A DNA stretch of 64,000 nucleotides, from positions 11,140-75,139 of IMG/VR virus record IMGVR_UViG_3300042516_005163, one strand, 5' to 3'. This document shows positions 30,488 through 40,544 of the stretch, in pieces. The position numbers and the translations under genes are program-made. The notes under the pieces were generated by a model, which was not told the origin of the DNA, ran no database searches, and saw nothing but the letters and a program-made list of their open reading frames with translations. The DNA is from a virus. Position 1 is the first letter of the stretch. Every line of letters begins with the position of its first letter.

Positions 30488-31896
30488 GTTGTTAAATCAC
30501 CTGCTAAAAGCCAAATATTTGTACCAGTGTTTATCAACGACGCTGTTGCATACTGACCATTTAATTTTAATCTACCACCTCTAGAGTTTAAAGTTACCCC
30601 TGCAGTAGCAGATACTGTCACTTGGCCTGTTCCTATCTGTGATATAGGAATTTGAGTTCCGCTTAAAAATGCTATATTTGAATACAATGGAACAATTAAT
30701 GTCATAGCATTACTGCTAGAAAGTGATACCAATGAACTTGAATCACTCAACGATAAAGTGTAATTTGTATTTGTTTGACCATTGATTGGTAATAATTTTT
30801 GTGCAAAGTTAGCACTTTGTGCGGTTACTGTTGTGTAAACACTATTCCAATTGTTACTATTACCACCAGGTGTAATAACTGTCACACCACGGACATTTCC
30901 TTCTGATGTTATATTATTTACATATGTAAAGTTAGCTGTATTTGCGGTTATATTAGAACCTAAAATAAACGTATTTGAAGCTTGTGATGTATTACCTACA
31001 CCTCCAACAACAATTGAGTTGTTACCAGTTGCTGTATTGTTCACACCACTGAAAACAGCAGCACCACCACCAAATGCAAAGTTACCACTACCAGAGCCAA
31101 TATAGGTATAATCACCAAATGCAAAGTTAGATAAACCACCTACAATTGTACCATATGCACCACCTACATTATTTCTATCACCACCACCAATGAAACCGTA
31201 TGATGCGTTTGTGGTATTATTTACACCACCAACAATTACAGTATAAGAAGCATTTGCGTTGTTATTGTTACCACCACCTACAAATCCCAAAATACCTGGA
31301 GCGTTGTTAGTTAACCCTCCTCCAACTACACCCAAATAACTTGCAAGATTATTTAACCCACCTGCAACCGTACCATATTGTGCAGCAGTATTATTTACAC
31401 CACCACCAATAGTACCAAAATCACTATTTACAGTGTTATCTTTACCACCGCCGATAAAACCATATGCACTTAATACACGATTGTTTGTACCACCTACTAC
31501 AGCACCACCTGTGCAGCTTAATGAAACTAAATTTGCAGAACCACCAGCGATAGTTGTAAAATCACCACGAACAGAGTTATAACCACCTCCGAGTATGTTT
31601 GAATATTTACCCAATACAGATTGAGAAGCATTGCTACCTAAATATTGTAAATCAATAGATCCAACACCAGGTGGCAGTTTTTGATCGTTGGTAGGGTAGC
31701 TATAACTGCGAACAAAAAACGATGATAACGTTGGTGAAAAAATTACACCACCAAACGCTGAAATAGGGCACTGATAAGTTGTCAGTCCTTGAACGATTGC
31801 TGTAATTTCTTTATTAGTTAAATTAGGAAGATTATCAGCACCGAAACCGATTGGACTTGATGATAATTTAGGAAGATTTGAAATTTTAACACCCAT
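30484..31896 (-). CDS. Fibre/spike with GGGxxN beta-helix repeats and C-terminal adaptor domain
   Basis: ~14-aa repeats (FIGGGKDNTVNSD etc.); C-term YTLSLSD..GTQI..GTGQVT..WLLAGDL. Confidence 0.75.
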   Translation of the reverse strand: MGVKISNLPKLSSSPIGFGADNLPNLTNKEITAIVQGLTTYQCPISAFGGVIFSPTLSSFFVRSYSYPTNDQKLPPGVGSIDLQYLGSNASQSVLGKYSNILGGGYNSVRGDFTTIAGGSANLVSLSCTGGAVVGGTNNRVLSAYGFIGGGKDNTVNSDFGTIGGGVNNTAAQYGTVAGGLNNLASYLGVVGGGLTNNAPGILGFVGGGNNNNANASYTVIVGGVNNTTNASYGFIGGGDRNNVGGAYGTIVGGLSNFAFGDYTYIGSGSGNFAFGGGAAVFSGVNNTATGNNSIVVGGVGNTSQASNTFILGSNITANTANFTYVNNITSEGNVRGVTVITPGGNSNNWNSVYTTVTAQSANFAQKLLPINGQTNTNYTLSLSDSSSLVSLSSSNAMTLIVPLYSNIAFLSGTQIPISQIGTGQVTVSATAGVTLNSRGGRLKLNGQYATASLINTGTNIWLLAGDLTT

Positions 31897-31944
31897 TTGA
31901 AATATTTAATTGATCTTTCTGTTTTTACATTTATAATTAGTGTA

Positions 31945-32640
31945 ATGCATATTAAATTCGACGAAAAAACTCATCGATATCATAATAATAACACCGGTGA
32001 ACAGTATACTTCAGCAACACAATTGCTATCTCAATTTAAAAAACCGTTTGATAAAGATTTTCACGCTACACGAGTTGCTAAACGTGAAGGTATTTCTAAA
32101 GAGTTAGTACTTGAAATGTGGGAGCACGAGAAAGAAAAAAGCTGTATTAAAGGTAAAAACTTTCATGCCCTTTTAGAAAACTATGTTAAATTTAGTGAAA
32201 CTGTAGAAGGTTATAGTTGGTTATATAAAACATTTGAAAAACAACGTGAAACTCTTGTTGGTTCGTGCAAAAAGATTTATACTGAAAAACTACTATGGAA
32301 TGATGAATTTAAGTTAGCAGGTACTTGCGACTTGCTTTATGAGCATGAAGATAATTTTACAATTATTGATTACAAAACAAACAAAAATATCTCTTCATTC
32401 TCTAAATATGGTGAGTATTTACTTTCGCCTATTGATTTTTTAACTAATTGTGAATATAATGTATATGCATTACAATTATCGTTATATGCATACATGTTCG
32501 AATTAATTTCCAATAAAAAGGTAAGGAACTTACATATACTATATTTACAAGAAGATAGATTTACACCATATACAGTACCGTATATGAAGATGGAAATCGA
32601 TTTACTTTTAAAAACACACAAAGCAAATACGAATAAATAA
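31945..32640 (+). CDS. PD-(D/E)XK (Cas4-like) exonuclease
   Basis: FDEKTHRY, SATQLL, G..FH, AGTCDL, IIDYKT, YALQLSLYA. Confidence 0.8.
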   Translation: MHIKFDEKTHRYHNNNTGEQYTSATQLLSQFKKPFDKDFHATRVAKREGISKELVLEMWEHEKEKSCIKGKNFHALLENYVKFSETVEGYSWLYKTFEKQRETLVGSCKKIYTEKLLWNDEFKLAGTCDLLYEHEDNFTIIDYKTNKNISSFSKYGEYLLSPIDFLTNCEYNVYALQLSLYAYMFELISNKKVRNLHILYLQEDRFTPYTVPYMKMEIDLLLKTHKANTNK

Positions 32641-32655
32641 TAATACAAATAGATA

Positions 32656-33060
32656 ATGAGCACAAATCAACTTGATAAGTTGCATGAGTTTGACTTCTGG
32701 TCAATGATTAATAACATTAAATGGGGTGATTGTACCACAAAATGTATTGCTGCGAAGCGATATATCATGCATAACTTTCCACCATACAAAACAAATGTGT
32801 TTCGTAGAATCGCTGATAATTATACTTGTCAGCTGGTTGAAAAATATATGAACGATTTAAGCACCACATTCTCGTATACAGAAGTTTATAACGGTGCATA
32901 TGAAGTTATTAGTCAAGGCAAAACTTCATATGATAGCTATTTCAATAAACCGTCATTGCTTACACCAATTATTGAATATATTATTAGTAAGGATGAAGAT
33001 GAAAAATTTGTGTATGCAATGCCATTAGAAGACGATTTCTTCAACCAGGATATTATCTGA
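32656..33060 (+). CDS. Hypothetical protein (DUF4240-like start)
   Basis: EFDFWSMIN..W N-terminus. Confidence 0.4.
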   Translation: MSTNQLDKLHEFDFWSMINNIKWGDCTTKCIAAKRYIMHNFPPYKTNVFRRIADNYTCQLVEKYMNDLSTTFSYTEVYNGAYEVISQGKTSYDSYFNKPSLLTPIIEYIISKDEDEKFVYAMPLEDDFFNQDII

Positions 33061-33554
33061 TGATTACAATCAATTTAAAACCAACAAGGTTAGCTAAAAC
33101 TGAATTTAACTTTGTTGATTTTGATGTGCTATCTCATTGTGTAACTGGATTGATTAATAATATCAACTTTGATAATATTGACCGCAAATATGAAATCAAA
33201 GTTGATGTATCAAAGTTTCCAGTAGAAAACCCACATAGTCATTATCTATGGAAGAAAAACAAAATTTGTATTGCACCACATAAACGATACAAAAAAGCGT
33301 ATATATTGAGACGTTTTATTAATTGTTTCATACATGAATTAAAGCACTGGTCGCAAGATAAACTACTCAAAGTAAGTTTTTTCAAAAACTATAGTGATCA
33401 AGGGAGAGATTATTATTCATGTCCTCTAGAAAAAGATACAAGACAGTATACTGCCCTTTTGTTGAATGCGACGCTAAAAAACTATAACGCGTTGTTAGAG
33501 ATTAAACAACAAAGCTTAGAATATAAGAAATTGAATATTCAATTCAATTATTAA
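33060..33554 (+). CDS. Putative zinc metallopeptidase
   Basis: FIHELKHWSQ (HExxH) and YY.CP.E.D. Confidence 0.55.
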   Translation: MITINLKPTRLAKTEFNFVDFDVLSHCVTGLINNINFDNIDRKYEIKVDVSKFPVENPHSHYLWKKNKICIAPHKRYKKAYILRRFINCFIHELKHWSQDKLLKVSFFKNYSDQGRDYYSCPLEKDTRQYTALLLNATLKNYNALLEIKQQSLEYKKLNIQFNY

Positions 33555-33563
33555 ATAAACCTA

Positions 33564-34466
33564 TTACCAAACTGTAATAGCTCCTCCACCCCCGGTAGGT
33601 AGGGTAACATTGGTACCAGCGGTCATGTTAGCAACATTGAAAACTGTTGTAGCGGTAATTGTTCCTGTACCACCACCAATGTTGCCAACAAGTTGAACTG
33701 TTCCGTTGTTGGTGGTAACTGTTCCTGAATTGCTTGATACAGTTCCACCACTGGCATTTGTGGTTACTGTTCCACTGTTTGCGGAAACAGTTCCACCACT
33801 GGCATTAGTAGTTATTGTGCTGGTATTACTTGATACCAAGCCGCTATTGGTAGTTAGTGGACCACCATTAGTAGTGACTGATGCACCAAAAGAATTTGTA
33901 TTTATAGATCCACCATTGGTGGATACCACACCGTTATTGGTTGTAATAGATGCCCCAAAAGAATTTGTTGTAACGGTGCCATTATTAATAGTAACTATAT
34001 TAGTATTGTCATCAATGATTCCTCCGTTAAAATTAATGGTAACTGTGCCATTATTTGTATTTGTAGTTCCTTCATTATTTGAAATTGTTCCACCAGATAC
34101 ATTTGTGACAACAATTCCACCAACAGAATTAGTTGTTACTAAAGCATAATTGTTAGTAACAGTTCCACTGTTGCCAGTAACAGTTCCACTATTATCAGTA
34201 ATAGTGCAACTCAAAGCATTTGCCACAACGGTTCCACCACTAGCAATGTTTGTAACTACACCATTATTGGTTGTCACAGTTCCATAAACTATAACTGTAT
34301 TGTATCCGCTTGAAGGAACCTCATCAACTGTGTTACCAGCATTGATTTCGCAATCATCGCTTGCTGTTGGAATAGCAGTATTAGGAATAGTGCCAGCTTG
34401 ATCTTGAAACCAATTGGCAAAATCATTCCAAAGTCCAGAACCTTGATTTATGTAATATAATGTCAT
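33564..34466 (-). CDS. Thr/Asn/Gly-rich beta-helical adhesin/tip protein
   Basis: Repeats of TNNGTV / TTNASGGTV; N-term W.D.ANW..P...DD. Confidence 0.65.
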   Translation of the reverse strand: MTLYYINQGSGLWNDFANWFQDQAGTIPNTAIPTASDDCEINAGNTVDEVPSSGYNTVIVYGTVTTNNGVVTNIASGGTVVANALSCTITDNSGTVTGNSGTVTNNYALVTTNSVGGIVVTNVSGGTISNNEGTTNTNNGTVTINFNGGIIDDNTNIVTINNGTVTTNSFGASITTNNGVVSTNGGSINTNSFGASVTTNGGPLTTNSGLVSSNTSTITTNASGGTVSANSGTVTTNASGGTVSSNSGTVTTNNGTVQLVGNIGGGTGTITATTVFNVANMTAGTNVTLPTGGGGAITVW

Positions 34467-36679
34467 GGTGCAAATTCTTGATTACGAACGAGCCACCACT
34501 TCGTTCCATTGTAATTCATTTCAAACAGGCGAGTGAATCCTGATGATACAATTCCACTAAAAGTTGTCCCTCTTGGTGTAAGTATGTTGGCTCCCAATGT
34601 GATTGTTCTATCTGCACCAGAAGCAGTAAAACGACCCTTCCATAAGCTACCATCAGTTGCATTTGTAGGGGCATTGAGTGTGAGATCACCTGTCATGGTA
34701 ACTTTTCTGCTGATGCCATCACTCAAACTAGGTGTTATTGATGCTGCATATGTGAGTGTTGTTGGAGCAGCTGTATCAGTCCATGCAGCAGAATATGTTT
34801 GAACTGTTGAATAAACTGATGTATTATTAGCACTTTGGGTTCTAAAATTTGTATATGTGTTCTGCCAGTTACTAGAAAGAGCTCTTACCCCGCTATCAAT
34901 AGTACTATCAACAGCCCATGATGCTGAATTAGCTTGAACTGTTGTATATGTGTTCTGCCAGTTACTAGAAAGAGCTCTAACACCTGTATCTATTCCAGAG
35001 CCACCACCACCACCTCCACCTAATAATCCAAATAAATCTTGACCACCTGAAAGTAATTGACCAGACGCAATATTAAGTGTACCGTTCATGATACCACCAG
35101 CTGCAAATTGCTGAGCTACAGAACCACCACCACCGTAACCTGCAACATACTTCTTAAGACTTGCAGACTCATTATCTAATCTAGATTCAAGTTGCTTCTT
35201 TAATTGAGCTAAGTCTTCCTTTTTAACAGCTACTAATGTAACATCTCTTACTTTCTTTTCTACAGCTTCAGTTAAAGTTGCTGCAACATGTTTAATATCA
35301 TTTAAACTTTTTTCAGCAACTATTGTTAATTGATCTTTAGCTTTATCTAATTCAGTTACCTGCGCGGTAGCCTCAACTTGTATTTTTGCAACAGCTTCAG
35401 CTGCAGTTGCTGTAAGAGATTTTTCAGCTTTATTTGTAACATCTTCTACGTCTTTGATTTTAGATTGTAATATACTTACTTGGTTTTCCGCAATAGTAGC
35501 TAGTTCACTCTTAGTTTTATCTAAAATGTTAACCTTATCTTGTATATCTATATCTAATTTTACTACATGTTCTTGAGACTTATACTCTAATCCCTTTACA
35601 GCTTCATTAATAGTTTCTGTGAGTGTATTACCCGCACGTTCTAAAGCATCATTTATATCTTTGATCTTAGTATTGAATGTATTAATTTTACTTTCTACAA
35701 GAGAAGTTAAATCATTTATTTTTTTATCTGCGGTAGCCTGTAATTGTGTAATTTTTTTACCTACAAGAGATTGTGCTCTTTTGAGATTTTCAGATACTAT
35801 TTGATTAGCTTTTGTGTTAAGTTTTTCTATGTTATCATAGCTAGAAGTTTTTTCTTTTAAAAATTCTTCCTTTGTTGTTGTTATAAAAGCTTTAATACTA
35901 TCATAAGCCTCAGAAATATGTTTTAACTGAGATTTGGTCTCAACATCTAATTCGGCTAACTTAGTATTAACTTCGAAGTTGACTTTTTCTTGCAACTCAC
36001 GAAGTTGGGTTGTTTTTTCCTCTGCTGTTTGATTTATAGTATCACTATAAAGTTCGACAGTTGTTAAGATGTTCTCTCTGATTGAGTTAATCTCAGCAAG
36101 AGTTGAATCTCTATCAATACGATTAGCATTAATAGATTTTTCAACCAAAGTTGTGAGGTTATTTTTAGCTGAATTAATACTCTCTGTAGAAGATTCTTGA
36201 ATTTGAGAAATGCGTTCATCTATTAAGTCGGTAATTGATTGTCTGAATTGGTCAATCTTATGCTTTTTATTGACATAACTTTCATGTAAAACGCCAATTG
36301 CAACAGTTTTTTCACGACTTATATCTGAAACTGATGGTTGGTAAAATTCACTTATAATACCATCAACTACAGCTTTTTCTTGTTTAAGTGTGTTGCGGCC
36401 ATTTGAAAGCGACTTTGTATTTAAAAAAATATTATTTTTACCTTCGCGTAATACAAATAGGGTGGAGTATATTTTACCACTAACTTGAGTGTCTATTTTG
36501 ATTACAGGGTCTCCATTAATTGAATCTACTTTTTCTGCTATAATCTTATTAGCACCGCAATTAATTTCAAATACATCAATGAATATTTCTTTAAATTCCT
36601 GCGCAATAATATAATTCAAACCTTTATCCGTAGGTGTGTATGAATGCTCACGATCTAGTATTTTAAGAGTACTGCTCAC
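34463..36679 (-). CDS. Long coiled-coil fibre protein with C-terminal fibre/adaptor domains
   Basis: Long heptad region, GGGGSVAQQFAAGG linker, SNWQNTYT repeats, TLTYAASI..TLNAPTN C-term. Confidence 0.7.
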   Translation of the reverse strand: MSSTLKILDREHSYTPTDKGLNYIIAQEFKEIFIDVFEINCGANKIIAEKVDSINGDPVIKIDTQVSGKIYSTLFVLREGKNNIFLNTKSLSNGRNTLKQEKAVVDGIISEFYQPSVSDISREKTVAIGVLHESYVNKKHKIDQFRQSITDLIDERISQIQESSTESINSAKNNLTTLVEKSINANRIDRDSTLAEINSIRENILTTVELYSDTINQTAEEKTTQLRELQEKVNFEVNTKLAELDVETKSQLKHISEAYDSIKAFITTTKEEFLKEKTSSYDNIEKLNTKANQIVSENLKRAQSLVGKKITQLQATADKKINDLTSLVESKINTFNTKIKDINDALERAGNTLTETINEAVKGLEYKSQEHVVKLDIDIQDKVNILDKTKSELATIAENQVSILQSKIKDVEDVTNKAEKSLTATAAEAVAKIQVEATAQVTELDKAKDQLTIVAEKSLNDIKHVAATLTEAVEKKVRDVTLVAVKKEDLAQLKKQLESRLDNESASLKKYVAGYGGGGSVAQQFAAGGIMNGTLNIASGQLLSGGQDLFGLLGGGGGGGSGIDTGVRALSSNWQNTYTTVQANSASWAVDSTIDSGVRALSSNWQNTYTNFRTQSANNTSVYSTVQTYSAAWTDTAAPTTLTYAASITPSLSDGISRKVTMTGDLTLNAPTNATDGSLWKGRFTASGADRTITLGANILTPRGTTFSGIVSSGFTRLFEMNYNGTKWWLVRNQEFAP
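34849..34978. repeat. Exact 37-bp direct repeat (34849-34885 and 34942-34978)
   Basis: ttgtatatgtgttctgccagttactagaaagagctct twice, period 93 bp; encodes RALSSNWQNTYT. Confidence 0.9.
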
Positions 36680-36717
36680 TACTTTATTTATTCAAAAGAA
36701 TAAAACCACAACTTAGT

Positions 36718-37035
36718 TTAAGCATAAGATTGAGTTGAGAACGAATAATACTGCGCTCTGCAATAAATGCTTGGTGCAGTTGGATTTGCAGCAAATTTTG
36801 CACTCAACATATCTGAACTAGTTACACCTCTGATTGAAACTGTATCACCTGAATTGATTGCAAAAGCACGAGCATCAGATGTAAAACCATTATCATAAAT
36901 CAATAATAATTGACCAGATCCTGTTGGATTTGTTATAACGACTTCTGAGCACGGAAATGCAGATAATTTAGCAGGTGTCAAGCTATTAGCAGATACACTA
37001 AATGAAAAGCAATTATTAAGATTTTGAAAAGCCAT
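36718..37035 (-). CDS. Small beta-rich structural protein (start revised to MAFQNL)
   Basis: TAAATA-ttatt-ATG on minus strand. Confidence 0.55.
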   Translation of the reverse strand: MAFQNLNNCFSFSVSANSLTPAKLSAFPCSEVVITNPTGSGQLLLIYDNGFTSDARAFAINSGDTVSIRGVTSSDMLSAKFAANPTAPSIYCRAQYYSFSTQSYA

Positions 37036-37135
37036 AATAATATTTATTCTTTTCAACTCACTTCGTTAATTATTAATCTATAACTCTTTTTACTAAATCC
37101 ACTAAAAAATTTAAAAATCAAAAATATATAATAGT

Positions 37136-37354
37136 ATGGATAATTTAAAATTAAAAAGATTCATTGAGAAAGAACTAGAAAAAATTGCAGACATCGTTGA
37201 TGTAATATATGATAAACTCGAAGAAAATGGCGACGAGGATCTATTTGAAACATCAGACATTTGGTTATCAGGAATAAAACATTTAATTAATTACGATGAA
37301 ACTGATTTAACAGTTGATTCTACAGCCGCTGATACACTAGATATGTTAGTATGA
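37136..37354 (+). CDS. Small acidic hypothetical protein
   Basis: 72 aa, coupled (ATGA) to rmlA. Confidence 0.5.
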   Translation: MDNLKLKRFIEKELEKIADIVDVIYDKLEENGDEDLFETSDIWLSGIKHLINYDETDLTVDSTAADTLDMLV

Positions 37355-38115
37355 ATCGTGTTGGTATTATTCTATGTGGTGGTGTGGGCTCTAGATTGGG
37401 GCAGATAACTAAAGCTATACCCAAATCTCTTGTCCCAGTATACAATAAACCGCTAGTTGATTACCAATTAGAATTATTTGAGTTTTTGAATGTACGTGAT
37501 ATTATTATTATCACTAGACCCGATACATATGAGTTATTTACCAATTACTTGTTAAAAGATTCAAATTGGGCTGACCGATTTGATAACATTAAAATACTCG
37601 AGCAGAAAACACCTGGGGGTATTGCGCAAGCGTACCAAATTGTATATAATCATGTACCTGAAGGTGCTAACACTTTATTAGGACTTGGTGATAATATATT
37701 TCATTTTGCAAATGAAAATGAAAAAGAAGATTTGAAACGTTGGAGTAATTCAAATACAAATTTTATTACAACTATATCTGTCAAAGATCCAAGACCATAT
37801 GGTGTGGTAAAATTTTTAGGTGGTACAGATGTAATTGATGATGTGGTTGAAAAGCCAACAGATCCCCCTTCTAATCAAATTATACCTGGATTGTATTTCT
37901 TTGATTATACAGTATTTGAAAAAGCAAAAAATCTTCAACCCTCTTCACGTGGAGAACTTGAAATCACAGACGTACAAAAACTATATATTAAAGAAGGTAA
38001 ATTAGCAGCGTTTAAATTCAAATCAGTATTCTGGTATGATTGTGGCACGGTGCAAGATTTATTGGACGCAAATAATTTCATGCATATCATGGAGGACAAA
38101 CAATGCAAAATTTAA
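37351..38115 (+). CDS. rmlA: Glucose-1-phosphate thymidylyltransferase (short form)
   Basis: GIILCGGVGSRL..PKSLVPVYNKP, GDNIF, VEKP, PSSRGELEITD, WYDCGT. Confidence 0.92.
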   Translation: MNRVGIILCGGVGSRLGQITKAIPKSLVPVYNKPLVDYQLELFEFLNVRDIIIITRPDTYELFTNYLLKDSNWADRFDNIKILEQKTPGGIAQAYQIVYNHVPEGANTLLGLGDNIFHFANENEKEDLKRWSNSNTNFITTISVKDPRPYGVVKFLGGTDVIDDVVEKPTDPPSNQIIPGLYFFDYTVFEKAKNLQPSSRGELEITDVQKLYIKEGKLAAFKFKSVFWYDCGTVQDLLDANNFMHIMEDKQCKI

Positions 38116-39170
38116 CTCTTGAAAATAAAACAATTTTAGTTACAGGTGGTTACGGCTTTATTATGTCTAACCTCATTAATTTGCTGAACGATACATATTA
38201 CAATATCACAATTATAAATGTAGATAAATGTGGTGCTGGATCTAACAAATCTAACATTTTACCTGCACAACATAACAACAAGATCATTAATTTGCATTTA
38301 AAATGCGAGAATGAAAAATTTGTGAAAATACTTAAAGAGTATCAACCAGACTTTATTATTCATGGAGCAGCTGAGTCTCATGTCGATCGTTCAATTGAAA
38401 ATCCTGTTGAGTTTGTTAAATCGAATGTTGTTGGTACATCTAATGTAATTGCAGCAGTTGATTGGTATCAGAAAAATGTTAAAGAGTGTAGATGTGTGTT
38501 AATTAGTACAGATGAGGTGTATGGGCATTTATCACTTACAGATGATCCATGGACGGAAGATAGCCATTTAGCTCCGAGATCCCCGTATGCGTCCTCAAAA
38601 GCGTCCGCGGATCTGATCGCCTTATCGTTCTATAATACTTTCAAAACTAACTTTTGTATTGTGAGAGGTTGTAACAACTTTGGCCCAAGACAAGATACAG
38701 AAAAACTTATACCAAAATATATTACAACTCTCATTCAGGGTGGTAAAATGCCAGTATATGGAAACGGTCAAAACGTGCGAGAATGGGTATACGTTACAGA
38801 GTTTTGTTTCTTTATTTTAGAAAAACTAGTCACATACGATCCGGGTATTGCTTACAATTATGGTAGAGGATTAACTCGATCAAATTTACAAGTATTAGAA
38901 GAAGTGTTTAATTGCGTACAGTTTTTTATGGCAAAACGCGAACCAAACAATTTTAACTATACTGATTTTAAATCCTCATTACAATTTGTTGAAGATAGAA
39001 AAGGTCATGATTTTAGATACGCAATGAAGTCTAAGTACCCTTATCAAATCAATCGCACTGTTAACAGCTTCAAGAGACAAATTTATAGCACCATTGAGTA
39101 TTTTTATGAGCAATCCCAAAAATCAAAAAGCAAAAACTGGGTCCAACGAATCTTTGGATTTATTTGCTAA
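38103..39170 (+). CDS. rmlB: dTDP-glucose 4,6-dehydratase
   Basis: TGGYGFI, AAESHVDRSI, STDEVYG, PYASSKA, NNFGPRQ, DRKGHDFRYA. Confidence 0.93.
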   Translation: MQNLTLENKTILVTGGYGFIMSNLINLLNDTYYNITIINVDKCGAGSNKSNILPAQHNNKIINLHLKCENEKFVKILKEYQPDFIIHGAAESHVDRSIENPVEFVKSNVVGTSNVIAAVDWYQKNVKECRCVLISTDEVYGHLSLTDDPWTEDSHLAPRSPYASSKASADLIALSFYNTFKTNFCIVRGCNNFGPRQDTEKLIPKYITTLIQGGKMPVYGNGQNVREWVYVTEFCFFILEKLVTYDPGIAYNYGRGLTRSNLQVLEEVFNCVQFFMAKREPNNFNYTDFKSSLQFVEDRKGHDFRYAMKSKYPYQINRTVNSFKRQIYSTIEYFYEQSQKSKSKNWVQRIFGFIC

Positions 39171-39297
39171 AGCAATCAAGAATACAATTAATGAGTTGCA
39201 GCTAATATATTACTCTTGTCCTTACAACGCTAAGGTTGGTATTGAACAGCATATAAATTACTTACAAACTACTTTAAAGGAAAATGGATATAATTAA
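39106..39297 (+). CDS. Hypothetical protein
   Basis: Short ORF overlapping rmlB 3' end. Confidence 0.4.
   Translation: MSNPKNQKAKTGSNESLDLFAKAIKNTINELQLIYYSCPYNAKVGIEQHINYLQTTLKENGYN
39279..39294 (+). promoter_or_regulatory. GGAAA-N5-TATAAT promoter
   Basis: GGAAA atgga TATAAT, 6 nt to ATG 39301. Confidence 0.7.
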
Positions 39298-39300
39298 GGT

Positions 39301-39549
39301 ATGCTTGTTTCAGACGTACCAAAATTTCAAAACCACGTACAAACCAACGATTTAACACTAGCTAAAGACTCAATTGAGTACTGGGCTAAACATAGTGATC
39401 GAATCGTGTTCAAACATGTACATGATCACGTTAATAAATTAGATAAACAGAAAGAAAAGTATACCATTCTATGGTTACCTAATCTAAACATTGTGGTAAA
39501 AACTAAAACCACTCGTAAAGAATTCCCTTATTATTCAGAAAGTAATTAA
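39301..39549 (+). CDS. Hypothetical protein
   Basis: 82 aa ORF with promoter. Confidence 0.55.
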   Translation: MLVSDVPKFQNHVQTNDLTLAKDSIEYWAKHSDRIVFKHVHDHVNKLDKQKEKYTILWLPNLNIVVKTKTTRKEFPYYSESN

Positions 39550-39550
39550 C

Positions 39551-39566
39551 GGAAAATCCATATAAT
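39551..39566 (+). promoter_or_regulatory. GGAAA-N5-TATAAT promoter (leadered, A-rich 5' UTR)
   Basis: GGAAA atcca TATAAT; ATG at 39599. Confidence 0.65.
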
Positions 39567-39598
39567 AAAAGGGTAAAAACAAACAAACAAATAATAAA

Positions 39599-40519
39599 AT
39601 GAATCTAAAACTTATTAGTACAGAGCTCGTCAAAGTTTCTGATATCGACATTCCTTCTCGATTTTACAATCGTATGGCTTGTGGTATTAAAGAATTGGAT
39701 GATCTCTTCGGTGGTGGTATTCTACCTGGATCTACCTTCACTCTTACAGCTACCCCCGGTACTGGTAAAACAACCTTTTTCTTGCAATTGCTCGAAGCTC
39801 TTCAGTTAAATGGTTATCAGTGTGGGTTTGTTACTGGTGAAGAAGATGTCGCGCAGATTGCTTTCAATTGTAAGCGTCTTGGTGTTGCTCATGTTCCAGT
39901 TTGTAATGAAACTGATATCAATACGATTTTGAATCTTACGAAGCATCTTGATATTCTGATTATTGATTCGTTTCCAACTCTAACTACTACTAAGTCTCTC
40001 AATTCTCGGGCTCGTGAGAAATATCTCATCGAAAACATTATTGAGACTGCGACTGAAAATGACTGTGCTGTTGGTGTTATTCTCCATATTACCAAGTCAG
40101 GTAATTACAAAGGTTCAACTCTCGTACCTCATTCAGTTAGTGCTAACTTCAAACTTGAACGCGATGAAGAGAATGAATCAATTCGTATTCTTTCAGCTGA
40201 AAAGAATCGTTATGGTCGGTGCAGTAATTTGACTATGTATTTCGGGTCTAAGGGTTTTGACTTCTCCGAAATCCAAATTTACGATCGTAATAAGAAAGAG
40301 AGCAAAGCTGATCGCAACCGACAGATGCTTGATGATGTTATTGAGCTCGCTGCTGATCATGGTGTTACTCAAAAGCAAATTGTTAAACATCTAAAAGTTA
40401 GTTCTAGCAAAGCTTATACTCTTCTTAAAGAACTTACTAATATGGATGAGCTCGTTAAGTATGGTCGAGGTGAAAATGCCATTTTCAAAAAAACTTTGAA
40501 AAAAGAAGTTGAAGTCTAA
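39599..40519 (+). CDS. RadA/Sms-like RecA-fold ATPase with C-terminal HTH
   Basis: GIKELDDLFGGGILPGS, ATPGTGKTT, GEE, IIDS, HITKSG, KNRYG. Confidence 0.8.
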   Translation: MNLKLISTELVKVSDIDIPSRFYNRMACGIKELDDLFGGGILPGSTFTLTATPGTGKTTFFLQLLEALQLNGYQCGFVTGEEDVAQIAFNCKRLGVAHVPVCNETDINTILNLTKHLDILIIDSFPTLTTTKSLNSRAREKYLIENIIETATENDCAVGVILHITKSGNYKGSTLVPHSVSANFKLERDEENESIRILSAEKNRYGRCSNLTMYFGSKGFDFSEIQIYDRNKKESKADRNRQMLDDVIELAADHGVTQKQIVKHLKVSSSKAYTLLKELTNMDELVKYGRGENAIFKKTLKKEVEV

Positions 40520-40544
40520 TTTTTAGTTATTATAATGTTTATAT

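Noticed and set aside
31945-32640. Cas4-like gene as part of a CRISPR system
   Set aside because: No array or other cas genes; solo PD-(D/E)XK nucleases are common in phages
33564-34466. Periodic DNA as a CRISPR array or tandem repeat element
   Set aside because: Degenerate coding repeats of a beta-helix; no constant repeat with unique spacers
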